Assembly: GCF_001194135.2 (NCBI RefSeq)
Contig: NC_068986.1
Span: 37,215,882 to 37,279,715, forward strand
Origin: Octopus bimaculoides
Taxonomy: Eukaryota
Length of the DNA stretch: 63,834 nt
Reading direction: 5' to 3'
Position 1 is the first letter of the stretch; each line of letters starts with the position of its first letter. Made by a program: the position numbers and the translations under genes. Below the pieces are notes generated by a model. The model had not been told where the DNA came from. It made no database searches and saw only the letters and a program-made list of their open reading frames with translations. This document shows, in pieces, positions 49,797 through 62,010 of the stretch.

Positions 49797-50417
49797 NNNN
49801 NNNNNNNNNNNNNNNNNNNNNNNNNNNNNNNNNNNNNNNNNNNNNNNNNNNNNNNNNNNNNNNNNNNNNNNNNNNNNNNNNNNNNNNNNNNNNNNNNNNN
49901 NNNNNNNNNNNNNNNNNNNNNNNNNNNNNNNNNNNNNNNNNNNNNNNNNNNNNNNNNNNNNNNNNNNNNNNNNNNNNNNNNNNNNNNNNNNNNNNNNNNN
50001 NNNNNNNNNNNNNNNNNNNNNNNNNNNNNNNNNNNNNNNNNNNNNNNNNNNNNNNNNNNNNNNNNNNNNNNNNNNNNNNNNNNNNNNNNNNNNNNNNNNN
50101 NNNNNNNNNNNNNNNNNNNNNNNNNNNNNNNNNNNNNNNNNNNNNNNNNNNNNNNNNNNNNNNNNNNNNNNNNNNNNNNNNNNNNNNNNNNNNNNNNNNN
50201 NNNNNNNNNNNNNNNNNNNNNNNNNNNNNNNNNNNNNNNNNNNNNNNNNNNNNNNNNNNNNNNNNNNNNNNNNNNNNNNNNNNNNNNNNNNNNNNNNNNN
50301 NNNNNNNNNNNNNNNNNNNNNNNNNNNNNNNNNNNNNNNNNNNNNNNNNNNNNNNNNNNNNNNNNNNNNNNNNNNNNNNNNNNNNNNNNNNNNNNNNNNN
50401 NNNNNNNNNNNNNNNNN
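49797..50417. other. Assembly gap (N run)
   Basis: N characters; start coordinate approximate by 1 bp. Confidence 0.98.
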
Positions 50418-50939
50418 TTCTTCTTTCTGTTTTTCTCTCTTTTGATTTTTGTATATATATATATATATATGCAAGGCTGCATGTACGTGTAATGTACATG
50501 TGTGTTTGAATGTATGATAGTGTATGAATGTTAACGAAGTTAAATTAGTTTTTATTCATCAAACAAGCAGAAAAGGTGTGTGTATGTGTGTATGTGTGTG
50601 CGTGTTTGTGAATATATGCGTGTGTGCGTGCGCATATGTGCGTATGTTCGACACAGCAGATGAAGCAGAAACGTGAGTGAAAAAAACTTGAAAAAAAACT
50701 TGTATGTGAGCATATGTGTATGCATGTGTATACACACGTACATACATACATACATAAAGAAAATCATGTGCGTAAAGATAGTGACGTTTTTTTATACATA
50801 TATGGTTCAAAACGAAATAAAGCTAAATTATATATTTAAATCGAAAGACTATAAGAGAAGAGAGAAAGAAAAACAGAAAGGTAGTATAGCAACTATAATC
50901 CGGAATATGAAAATATAAAAGAGGAGAGGTAAGACTACA

Positions 50940-50974
<35 letters not shown>

Positions 50975-51307
50975 NNNNNNNNNNNNNNNNNNNNNNNNNN
51001 NNNNNNNNNNNNNNNNNNNNNNNNNNNNNNNNNNNNNNNNNNNNNNNNNNNNNNNNNNNNNNNNNNNNNNNNNNNNNNNNNNNNNNNNNNNNNNNNNNNN
51101 NNNNNNNNNNNNNNNNNNNNNNNNNNNNNNNNNNNNNNNNNNNNNNNNNNNNNNNNNNNNNNNNNNNNNNNNNNNNNNNNNNNNNNNNNNNNNNNNNNNN
51201 NNNNNNNNNNNNNNNNNNNNNNNNNNNNNNNNNNNNNNNNNNNNNNNNNNNNNNNNNNNNNNNNNNNNNNNNNNNNNNNNNNNNNNNNNNNNNNNNNNNN
51301 NNNNNNN
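50975..51307. other. Assembly gap (N run)
   Basis: N characters. Confidence 1.
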
Positions 51308-51572
51308 TTCTTACAGCTCTGAGTGTTAGATAGTCTCATTAAGCAACTGCTGATGTGGACGTTCTAAACCTGCAATTCTACCTCTTGGCACTTTCTTTCT
51401 GTCTTTATTTATTTCTTTCTTTCTTTCTTTCTTTATTTATTTATTTATTAGTTTGGATGGTCACGGTTGTAAAATCAAAGTCGATAAATACTACTGACAT
51501 GCATGGCCTCTCTCATATTGCTTTCTATCTATCCATCTATCTATCTATCTATCTATCTACCTACCTACCTAC

Positions 51573-51620
<48 letters not shown>

Positions 51621-52164
51621 ATCTATCTCTCTCTCTCTCTCTCTCTATATATATANNNNNNNNNNATATATATATATCTTTCTCTCTCTATCTATCTGTC
51701 TGTTTGTCTGTCTATCTATCTATCTGCCTGTCTATCTATCTACCTACCTATCTATCTATCTGCCTGTTTCGTACTCGCTTATATAGTATTATATAGTATT
51801 ACACATTATTATATAGTATTTGCTCTTTTCTATCCTTTTCTTCCCCTCCTTTCTCGTTTACAGATATACATACATACACGCATCTTTCTCTTCAAGCATG
51901 TATCTCTCCCACTTATCCTATTTCTATCTGTCTCTCTTTTTTTCTCTCTTTCCCTCTAATTTATATGTCTTTCTTTCTTTCTCTCTCGTACTCTTTAACA
52001 CGCTCACGCACGCGTGTGTATGTGTGTATGTGTGTGTGTTCTCATACACATACATCACATACATACGGCTCCGTCACATAATTCACAACCTCACTCGAAG
52101 ACATCTCTCATACACACACATACACATACATGAATTTCTTTCCCGCCCTCTGCCACCTTCAGCG

Positions 52165-52262
<98 letters not shown>

Positions 52263-52429
52263 ACACACACGTACACTAACATCTCACACTTGCTTGAACT
52301 CTTGTTTCGTTTTGATGTCTTAGGCTCTGCGTGCACACACGTTCGCACGCATGCAATCTATCTATTTCTGCTTATTTTTTTACGCTCGTATACAGAGGCA
52401 CGCAACGTTTTCTTTCAATCCCCCATTCA

Positions 52430-52460
<31 letters not shown>

Positions 52461-53470
52461 GATTGTATATAGACATAAATATACACAATATATACACACA
52501 GACATAATATCCTCCTCTATTTATATTCTGCCCCTTACTACAGATTTCTTTTCTCCTATATATACATATATATATCTTTTCCTCTTTCTCTGTTTTTCTC
52601 TATCTCTTTTTCTATATATCTATTTTTTCCTTTTCTGTCTCTCTATATATCTCTCTCTTTCGCTTTCACGTTCTTTATTTCTCTTTCTTTTACATAATTT
52701 CTCTCAAAGTATCTCTTTCTTTGTTTCTCTCTATCGATCTCGCTTTTCCTCTCTAGCTATGACTCTTTTTCTTTCTCTATCTCTCTCTCTCTCTCTCTCT
52801 CTCGCTCTCAATATATCTCTCTTTCTCTTTGTCCATTACTCCCAATCTATATCCTTCCTTATCTAATAATCTCTTTCTTTTTCGCTATTTCTCTCTATGT
52901 ATCTCTTTCTTTCTCCTTATCCCTATATCGCTCGTCTTCTTTCCCTTTCTCTCTCTCTCTATCCCTCACACACAATCTACTTTTCTTTCTATCTCTCATA
53001 CTCTATACTTATCTCTTTCGTTCTCTCTCATTGATAATATTTCAACCGTCTTTCACTTAAGTGAGCGCACACACAAGTAGAGTGTGGTTATACACAAACG
53101 CACGGAGAGGGGACATCTCCGCGCGTTTGTGTATAACCAGACACGCTCGACTCGCTAAAAGTAGCGGAGAATTTCCTCCGAATTACATTCGACCGTTTAA
53201 AGACATAACCTGAACAAAGCGTGTTTTGCAGAGGCGCGCGAAACATCTTCACTTTATCTGTCGAGACAAAGAAGAAACAAAAAAAAACACCTCCCCCCAT
53301 GCTTTGTAATTCTCTCCCTCTTTCGCTTTCTTTCTCTCAATTAGTAAGTCTGAAACTATCTCGTTTCTTTTACACTTTCTTCTCTCTCTCTCCCTCTCTC
53401 ACCTTTTCTCTTCTCCACTCTACTACTCTTCCCACTCTCTCCCCCATCTCTCTCTTTCTCACGCACGCGC
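51308..53470 (+). repeat. ~2.1-kb pyrimidine-rich compound microsatellite field: (TATC)n/(TACC)n, (CT)n, long (CA)n at ~52172-52260
   Basis: Direct reading; explains the Leu/Ser/Ile/Tyr and His/Thr ORFs. Confidence 0.9.
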
Positions 53471-53575
53471 TCATCCACACTGCATACTCGACTGGTGCTC
53501 TCTCCCGTTACATCAAGTTTCGCGAATATTCGATCAATCAGACGGCCACAAACATTTAGGAAACTTCAGGTAACG
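53086..53575 (+). promoter_or_regulatory. Candidate promoter / non-coding first exon (CpG-rich, repeat-free, E2F-like sites, splice donor)
   Basis: Local CpG enrichment; GCGCGAAA at 53236-53243; TTTCGCGA at 53518-53525; donor CAG|GTAACG at 53569/53570; no ATG in the ~90 nt before the donor. Confidence 0.3.
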
Positions 53576-54199
53576 ACACAAGACATCAACCGAACAAATA
53601 CAGTTACATTGCACACCAGGTATTGAGTACTTTTTCTTCCTCTCCTTCATTATAAACAGCAAACGTACGCACATATAGACTGAAACAAGTAAAAGAACAC
53701 ACATACACACACACACATGCACACAAGAGAGCATACACATACACAGCTGACAGTATTGGGCTGTCCCTTCATCTGCTGTCAACTAGATTATCATAAAGGT
53801 TTCTGCATTCTTCGACAGAACTGCTCCTCAGTGTCAAGCAGCATGGAGGTTACCAGGAAATATCAAGGACCCCCCCCCCATCTCTGTTAGCCATACAGTC
53901 TTCTCACCAAATAAGATATAGTAACTATTACCCATCTCATTTCTGAGGATATATTATTTACTCTCAATTTTGATATTTCTCTATGTACCTACTTCTGCCA
54001 TACAAACGTGATGTAATGTTCTTTGCATCTCTCTGAAGATTGCAAGGTCATTGTTCTACAATCTACTTCCAAGTCCAATACAAAATCCCTGGTAGAAAGT
54101 TATACATATTTCAGAACAACCTTTAGGTTAGTGTTTCTTAAAGTAGGGCACACACTTCGAAATAGAGCGTAAATAACAAGTGAATAAAACTAGCAGTAT

Positions 54200-54465
54200 G
54201 GAGGCGCAACGGCCCAGTGGTTAGGGCAGCGAACTCGCGGTCGAAGGATCCCCAGACCGGGCGTTGTGAGTGTTTATTGAGCGAAAACACCTAAGCTCCA
54301 CGAGGCTCCGGCAGGGGATGGTGGTGACCCCTGTTGTACTCTTTCGCCCCAACTTTCACTCTTTCTTCCTGGCGTCCCGTCCAGCTGGGGGGAACACATA
54401 CGCCATAGAAACCGAGAAACCGGGCCCATGAGCCTGGCTAGGCTTTGAAAGGGCGAAAGAAAATA
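54200..54465 (+). mobile_element. SINE with family C head/body but a different 3' tail
   Basis: Follows family C up to ...CAACTTTCACTCTTTCTTCCTG, then switches to GGCGTCCCGTCCAGCTGGGGGGAAC...GAAACCGGGCCCATGAGCC. Confidence 0.75.
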
Positions 54466-54579
54466 GCAGTAAAGTTTTAGATAATAGTTATATATATGCG
54501 CGCGTGTGTGTATGTATGTATGTATGTATGTATATACACACACACAAACACGTACATACATATGCGTAAAGGTGCGTAT

Positions 54580-54820
54580 TTTAGTGGTTAGTGTATTCAG
54601 CGCACGATTGTAAGATCATAAATTCGATTCCCAGCATTGAGCAAGGGACTTTATTTCCCGTTGCTCCAGTTCACTCAGCTAGCAAAAATGAGTTTATCAC
54701 ATTCTGTGTCAATCTGAATCTCCCTACCTTAAGGGTACACGTGTCTGTGATGTGCTGGGAACCTTACACGTGAAGTTCACGAGCAGGCTGTTCGGTTGAT
54801 CGAATCAACTGAAATACTTC
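54580..54820 (+). mobile_element. Family C-related SINE, degenerate
   Basis: TTAGTGGTTAG, AATTCGATTCCC, GCTCCAGTTCACTCAGCT, AAGGGTACACGTGTCTGTG, CACGAGCAGGCTGTTC. Confidence 0.75.
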
Positions 54821-55652
54821 GAACAAACAGAAAATTCGTAAAGTTTACTTCTGTCGTAGTCACTTCATTTAATCGGTTCTGAAAAAAAAAAATTGCTGAG
54901 ACTATTATGTAATATAAATTATATAATACGCAAGAATGAACCGTTTTCATCAGGGTCTGTAAACATGATATGCGATACGTCACTTCAAGTTGTCGAAATA
55001 ATAAGCATTATATGAATAAGCGTTAACTCCACTCTTCATGTATGCACGCACGCACACTCACACACGCACACGACGGATTTCCATATTCCTTCACATGGCA
55101 TTTGTCGTCCGAAGGCTATAGTAGAAGGTACATGCCCAAGGTTGCTGTGCCGTGGGACTGAAATGAATACCACGTGGTTGCATTGCAAGCTTAACTTTAA
55201 AAAAAAGAAACCTGAAATACTGGTTTCAAATTCTAGCACAAAGCCAGCAATTTCGGGACTGATAGGTAAACCGATTACATCGTTCCCACTCCTCAACTGG
55301 TGCTTATGTTATTGACCCCAAAGGATGAAAAGCAACGTTAACCTCGGCGGAATTTGAACCCAGAACGCATCAACTACGTGTAACATTAAGATAAATCTCG
55401 TTATTACTCACAGTTCCATTAACAACGACAATAAGAGTAACAACTACAATATCAACTAAAATAATAGATTTCGCAGTGGGAATAAATATGCATAACTGAA
55501 TACCTATCCTTATGGCATCCGTTTATAGTAGGGTGGTGCTATTGTAAGTAGTCACACGCGGCAAACCAGTAACCGGAACTAAATTACCCAGGCCTATATG
55601 TACATTAAAAGGGTGGGAGTGTTGAAATATTCTAAGTAAAAGAGATTTGGTG

Positions 55653-55975
55653 AAGGCGCGTGGCTTAGTGGTTAGGGTAATCGGCTGACGATTGGAAGGT
55701 CGAGAATTCGATTCCCGGTGGCGCGTCGTGTTCTTGAGCAAGACACTTTATTTCACGTTACTCTAATCCACTTAGCCGACAAAAATGAGTTATATCTGTT
55801 ATTCAAAGGGCCGGCCTTGTCTATTCTTGTGTCGTGCCGAATCTCCATTAGAACTACGTTAAGGGTACGCATGTCTGTGGAGTGCTCAGCCACTGGAACG
55901 TTAATTTCGCGAGCAGGCTGTTCTGTTGATCGGATTAATTGGAACCTTCGTCGTCGCAACGGACAGAGTGCCAAA
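55653..55975 (+). mobile_element. Family C-related SINE with alternative tRNA head, full length
   Basis: GGCGCGTGGCTTAGTGGTTAGGG...TTCGATTCCC, TTCTTGAGCAAGACACTTTA, shared tail ending GGACAGAGTGCCA. Confidence 0.85.
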
Positions 55976-56344
55976 CACAACTGCCACTTCGCTGTCTGAG
56001 CTTCAAACTCTCTTGTTTACCAACATGACCATCTGAATCTACCAGCTTCAAATATTGCTTTCAAATTTTGACACAAGGCCTGTAATTTGTGGAGAAGGGG
56101 TTTTGTCGATTACATCGACCCCAGTATTAAACTGGTACGAGTCCTTTCTGTTTGGCTAATACTTTTCAATTTCTTCAATTTTGTTCCCGTTTTCTTTTTT
56201 GGTCATTTTTCGCTTATTAAATGCTTATAACACATGCTATCGTCGCAATGTTGATATTGTTTTTAGTCGTCTTACGATTACAGTCAGGCACAAAATGACA
56301 GCTTCCAAATCCTGTTTTGTAACTGGGTAAAAACTTTAACCCTC

Positions 56345-56590
56345 TGTATCTTCTTAAAATTACGGTCACTTAAACAAACCAACGCCGATCGTCAAGCAGC
56401 GGTGAGATGACAAATACACAGGACTTCTTTCAGATTCCGTCTGCCAAATCCACTCACAAAACTTTGGTCTATGCGAGGCTATAGTAGAAGACACTTGATT
56501 CCGGGTTCAACCACATGATTCCGGGTTCAGTGGACTGAACTCGGAATCATGTGGTTGGGAAGCGAACTTCTTACCACACAGCTATGCCAA
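56345..56590 (-). mobile_element. SINE family A, partial
   Basis: GCCAAATCCACTCACAAA...GAGGCTATAGTAGAAGACACTT...CTTCTTACCACACAGC. Confidence 0.75.
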
Positions 56591-56891
56591 TACTTTGCAC
56601 AGTTTTTAATACTCACAGACGCATAATTTGTTTTATAAATACAGTCTTTTATTTATTCATTTATCTATCTATTTATTTATTTATTTATTTTACACCGAAT
56701 TGCCAAATCTACGAGTACACAGTCTTATATACTCGTACACATAGTATATCAGCTAAGTCAGAATGTCTCTGAGTGTACAGCTGGAGAAAAGAGATGAGGA
56801 GAAAGATCAAGGAGAGGAGAATTGGAAGGAAGAAGAGATTGAGGAGGTGATGCTGATGGTGATATTGTCGTCGTCTTCAACCCTAGTTAGT

Positions 56892-57272
56892 GGAGGCGCA
56901 ATGGCCCAGTGGTTAGAGCAGCGGACTCGCGGTCATAGGATCGCGGTTTCGATTCCCAGACCGGTCGTTGTGAGTGTTTATTGAGCGAAAACACTTAAAG
57001 CTCTACGAGGCTCCGGCAGGGGATAGTGGCGAACCCTGCTGTACTCTTTCACCACAACTTTCTCTCACTCTTACTTCCTGTTTCTGTTGTGCCTGTAATT
57101 CAAAGGGTCAGCCTTGTCACACTGTGTCACGCTGAATATCCCAGAGAACTACGTTAAGGGTACACGTGTCTGTGGAGTGCTCAGCTACATGCACGTTAAT
57201 TTCATGAGCAAGCTGTTCCGTTGATCGGATCAACTGGAACCCTCGACGTCGTAAGCGACGGAGTGCCAACAA
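56892..57272 (+). mobile_element. SINE family C, full length, near-identical to 32932-33312
   Basis: Colinear over ~380 bp; imperfect TSD CAACCCTAGTTAG / CAACCCTGGTCAA. Confidence 0.92.
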
Positions 57273-57399
57273 CAACCCTGGTCAAGCAAACAACCTCTGA
57301 TCAAAGTCATCGTAATCGTAGCCTTGCGCATCTCGTCCGTCTTTTAAGCGGTGAACAGAATTACATTATCCAATGTGCTTCGTTGTATATTTAAAACGG

Positions 57400-57560
57400 A
57401 CAACCAGCGTTGGTGTGATTGCGTCCCCGTAAATTAGCGGCACGGCAAAAGACACCGATGGAATAAGTAATGGAGTCGATTCATTCGACTACGATTTCTT
57501 CAAGGCGGTGCCCCCAGCATGGCCTCAGTCTAATGGCTGAAACAAGTAAAATATAAAAGA
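57400..57560 (+). mobile_element. SINE family A, 3' half
   Basis: CAAGGCGGTGCCCCAGCATGGCCTCAGTCTAATGGCTGAAACAAGTAAAA. Confidence 0.75.
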
Positions 57561-60066
57561 ATGGATTGCTCGACTGAGGTTGACCTGAAGCTATACAAGA
57601 AGAGCAGCAATCGCAACAACAACTACAACGATAACAATTGCAACAACAATAGCAACAACATCAGTTGAGACTGCTGAAGCAAGTGTTGCAAGTAAAATAG
57701 AAACCATGTTAAGTCCCTGAGTGGTTTATCGACCTGCTAGAAATACCAGCCAAAACTTACCCAAATTTACACCCCTCTCTCTTCAATAATTGAGGACTAT
57801 TTTGGTCTGTGTAAGTTTCAAACATTGTCATGCGCGAGAGAAAGATGAGGTGCTCTTAACTGATTTCGGTCTAAACAACAATAACAACCAAAAGTGTCGA
57901 TGCTCTAGGAAACTATGTAAATCTCTTAATTAGAAAATGGATTTTTTACATGAGCATTAGATAAGACCCCTTATTTTGTGAGGGTGACGGGAAAGGCAAA
58001 ATCGATTAAATCGGACACAATACTTCAGTGGCATTTTATTTTATTGATTCTAGAAGAACAAAAGACAATGTTGTTAACCCTGGCCGGAAGTGAACTCACA
58101 AAGTAAAGGTTCGTAAGTAAATACTGTCACGTGGTGCCAACGATTTTGACGCCATCTTCTAGTATTCCTCCCAGATTTTTGTGAAAGGTGAGAGGAAAAT
58201 GTCGCGCCCATTTAACAATTGTGATACTGTTGTTGATACAGCTTATCATATCTCTGATCAAATATGCGTTGCTGTTCAGATATTTTGTTAGGCGCTCTCT
58301 ACATTTTTCCAATCCACACAATCCACACACGGCTCTGTTAATAGTAATACTGAGGCTTTTTTTGCTATAATGCAAAATCCCTGTTTTGGTTATATTAAAC
58401 ATGTGTAAGTCGTGCATGGCTTCGTAGATAGAGCGTTCATGAACAAGATGTCTAGGATCATAATGTCGAGATCATAATTTCTGGGCCATGCGGCATGTTG
58501 TGTCACCGAACAAGACAATTCTTTTCACGTTGATCCACTCCATTCATACATTAATGTAACTGTAACTCGGGTTTCCTCATCTAGATATGCAGTTCATTAC
58601 TTCATAAAGAATCTCAAATCTTTTGGGCGCTGATGATGTTATTGTTATTGTTAAGGCAGGGAATAAACAGAGTAGTGTGAACGTTGAAAAGAATACCTCA
58701 CTGTATTTGCTTTGATCATCGATCCATCGGCGAGGCAAGTTTTAATACATTAGGAATTTATTGTACACAACTTCCGGCAAATTCCCTATTGACTTCTTTA
58801 ATATCTAAATTCATGTCACAAGTCCCTGTGAGTTCTTTTCTTTTACTTCTTATTCGTTTAAAAAAATGATATACATACATATGCGTGCGCATGTATGAAT
58901 AATGGAAACTATCATTGAGGGCGACATGCTAGCATCCAGTCGTTCGATCAACTGAGCTAATAACGCATTAAATTAGCGTGTAAGTGGCTGAGTATTCTGC
59001 AGACTCATGTATCCTTAATATAGTTCTGATAGAGTCAAATCTATACAACTCTGACAAGGTCGAAGCTTTGAATTACAGATAGAATCAACCGGACGAGCTT
59101 CGATACAATTTCCGCTTGTCCATTTCCCTCACAAGGTTAAAGTAAAAGACACATACACAAAATGCCCCGGGTACTTATTATTATGAAGTGAACTTGTAAA
59201 CTCGGTTGTACGTGTGTATATATGTATATGGATATAAGTATGTATTATGCATACACGCAGAAACACAAATCACAGAAATATGAAGACAAAACAAGAAACA
59301 AAAGCCATGAACAAGAAAATAAAGAAAAATATAATTAAATATTAAATAAATGGTGTATGGTGCTATTTTGTTAGCATTAGTAATCTGTTAAAACCCACAG
59401 AAGTGACTAGTAATGACTTAATTGAACATGGACTCTGACGAAACATTTTGCTTTTCTTCTTTGCTATGTAAATGACTAACCACTTCATTAGTCATACATA
59501 TTGCGACTAACCAACAAAATTTCTCAAAGGTAATATAAAACTTTAATTACTACAAATCCTAAACTTTTCGTTTGTTGATATATTAATTTATGCCACTGTA
59601 GGCTGGTTAGTAATGTGAAATTGCAATAGATTTTATTTTTCTATTTTATTTCTGTTTTACTTGTAGCTATCTTCTTAGTCAGAGAAAAACGATGTGCACA
59701 CATACTCCTCTAAGTTTCTGAAAAACATGGGAAGACCTTAGAAAATTGCGCTTAGACCGAAAACGTGTCCTGAATGTTTACAACACAGTGGGCTTTGCTT
59801 ATGTCATCCAAATGCCAAGTAGAGGTGATGATAGTAGCAATGGTAAGTAGAACGACAGATGAAGCTTATCGTCAAAGAACAGAAACGATTCATCCACTAA
59901 GCCTCTAAACAGTTTCCGTCTCCCATATGTCACTCATAAGGCATTGTTACCCCGACGTTATGGTAGAAAACACTTGCTCAAAATACCATCCAATTGGATT
60001 GAACTCTAAATCGCGTAGCTGTAAAGCAGATTTGTTAGTTACTCGGCCAAGAGCATTTTTCTATTA

Positions 60067-60288
60067 CAGTACTTTACAACCGGGGCCCATATAAGATTTT
60101 GCTGTCAAAAATTATGCGCAATAAATTGATCATACTTCTACAAAACAAGATTTTAACAGATTTTTTACAATTCCTAATAAAATATAAAAATGTAATTGGA
60201 TTTTTTTTTAATTAAATTGCTTGGAGAGTTCATCTCACTAAAATAAGAATCAAAGCTGTCCATAGGTTAAAAATCGTTGAGAACCAGT
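60067..60288. mobile_element. hAT-type MITE, degenerate (family of 42860-43116)
   Basis: Shared CCATATAAGATTTTG..G..AAAA..TATG.GCAATAAATT core; ends GTTGAGAACCAG. Confidence 0.65.
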
Positions 60289-61391
60289 TACAATTCCATT
60301 CATACATAGAATACTTTCTATAAAACATTAAATCGATTCTAAGACTTGAGTGACACCTCATTTTATCGAATCTATTGTAGAAGATGAAAGGAAAAGTTGA
60401 CCGAACTCGCGGGATTCGAACACAGTACGTTTTACGATAGTAGCTAAATATGGCGGCAATTTTGTTCGACGCTTTAACGACTCTGCTAATCCATTGCCTA
60501 TCGTTCTTGGATTTGTCCCAGTTTTCACATCTTTAAGCCGTACAAATTTCCGACCATGTCGCCGCCTCGCTGCTTCATGAAAAGATCTGGCAGAATAGAT
60601 TAGGTCAGTGAAGTATAACACGTCACGGCATGTGTTTGATATACGTCGTAGGATCGGCCATTGAGTATCAAATGTCTTTGCCCTAGACACAGCCTGGCGT
60701 CATTAATGCAATGCAGATTCACAGAAATTTTGACCGGAAGTCTGGCAGCCAGGATGACACGAACAAATATGGCCACCTACCGAACACAGTAAGACCTAAA
60801 AAAGAGTAGGGTCGGCTCCTTTTTCCAATTATTTTGTCAATTTTATTGAATTTTTTTGAATTTTTTTTATTAATAACAGCCACTTTTCAAGATTTAGTAT
60901 TTGTTATTTAACCACATGACCTCTTTGTTCGAACTGACCTGGAATCGAAAGATATTTGTTCCAACTCAGATTGTCTCAACATTTTTTCAGATAAAATATC
61001 GATGACCACGTTGTCAGTGTACATAAGCGTTTTATCTGAGGGAGTGTTGGCTTCTGTTTCTGAAAGACTGAGTGACAATACAATGGCTCCTTCATTGGCT
61101 TACTCAAGGTTTAATTGCTGTTTTAGTGTTTAATTGTTATTTAGCTCCAAGTCAGCTCTGATCGAAGAAACCTATAATGAAAAGCGTTTCAGTCGTGTCT
61201 ATCCCATCTTTTTGTATAGTTACAACTGTATTTTCCACGCGTTCTTCCTTTTTCAATACGGTAGCGCGTGAGTTGCTATCTCCTTGACTTATGGCATGTA
61301 TTTATGTACTACGTGCATGTGATGACTATATTTTTGCCCGTCGTCCGATTCTGGCCAACTACAAGATGCATACTCTTCATAATCATCAAAG

Positions 61392-61464
61392 ATGGGTGTA
61401 CATGCGCGCGTTCTGGGAATTCTGGTCCTGCTAATATCTATATCTAGTGACCTGAGATCGTTGA
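61392..61464 (+). CDS. Candidate first coding exon encoding a signal peptide (MGVHARVLGILVLLISISSDLRSL-), phase-1 intron
   Basis: AAAGATGG start context, in-frame TAA at 61380-61382, hydrophobic core VLGILVLLISIS, consensus donor GA|GTAAGT at 61464/61465. No homology evidence. Confidence 0.5.
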
Positions 61465-61927
61465 GTAAGTGACTATGACTCTAAGCCGATCACATACATA
61501 AATGCCTTCCACTTCGTGTCCGACTAAGTTAATGGGAGAAAAAAAAAATGGAAAGATCACTTCTTTGCTCTAGTTGAACGGCGGGTTATAGGGTTTTCTC
61601 GGTCTTCGAAAGGGGTTCCTTAAAATGCTTTGATAACATGTTTTCTTTGTTGACTCCTAACGCAGTCCTACGTCAAAATGATCTTTTGCTCTGTGTATAT
61701 TCTTGTAGTGTGAGTCGGTCTACAGGCATAGTCTTCTTTGTAGTGTTTTTCCGTAGTTGTTCAAAACCTTCCCCTTTTAGCATACATGTTTTTGTTGTTT
61801 ATTATCTCCTTCATCAGATCTGTTGCTCTTTCGAACGGCAATGAAACTGATAAGGGAGACTTGAGTTTGTGTGTTTAGTAGATGGTTTTGCTATTGTGAT
61901 ATTTGTTCCAATATTTAGTTTAGCTTA

Positions 61928-62010
61928 GGGCGGCAAGCTGGCAGAATCGTTAGGACACCGGGCGAAATACTTAGCGGTATTTCGTCTGTCGTTACGTTCT
62001 GAGTTGAAAT
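61928..62010 (+). mobile_element. SINE family B head, 3'-truncated
   Basis: GGCGGCAAGCTGGCAGAATCGTTAGGACACCGGGCGAAATACTTAGCGGTATTTCGTCTG. Confidence 0.85.

Noticed and set aside
51355-53080. Hydrophobic Leu/Ser/Phe/Ile ORFs resembling membrane proteins (also 6688-7026, 9617-10066)
   Set aside because: They are translations of (CT)n and (TATC)n tracts, with no realistic codon pattern.
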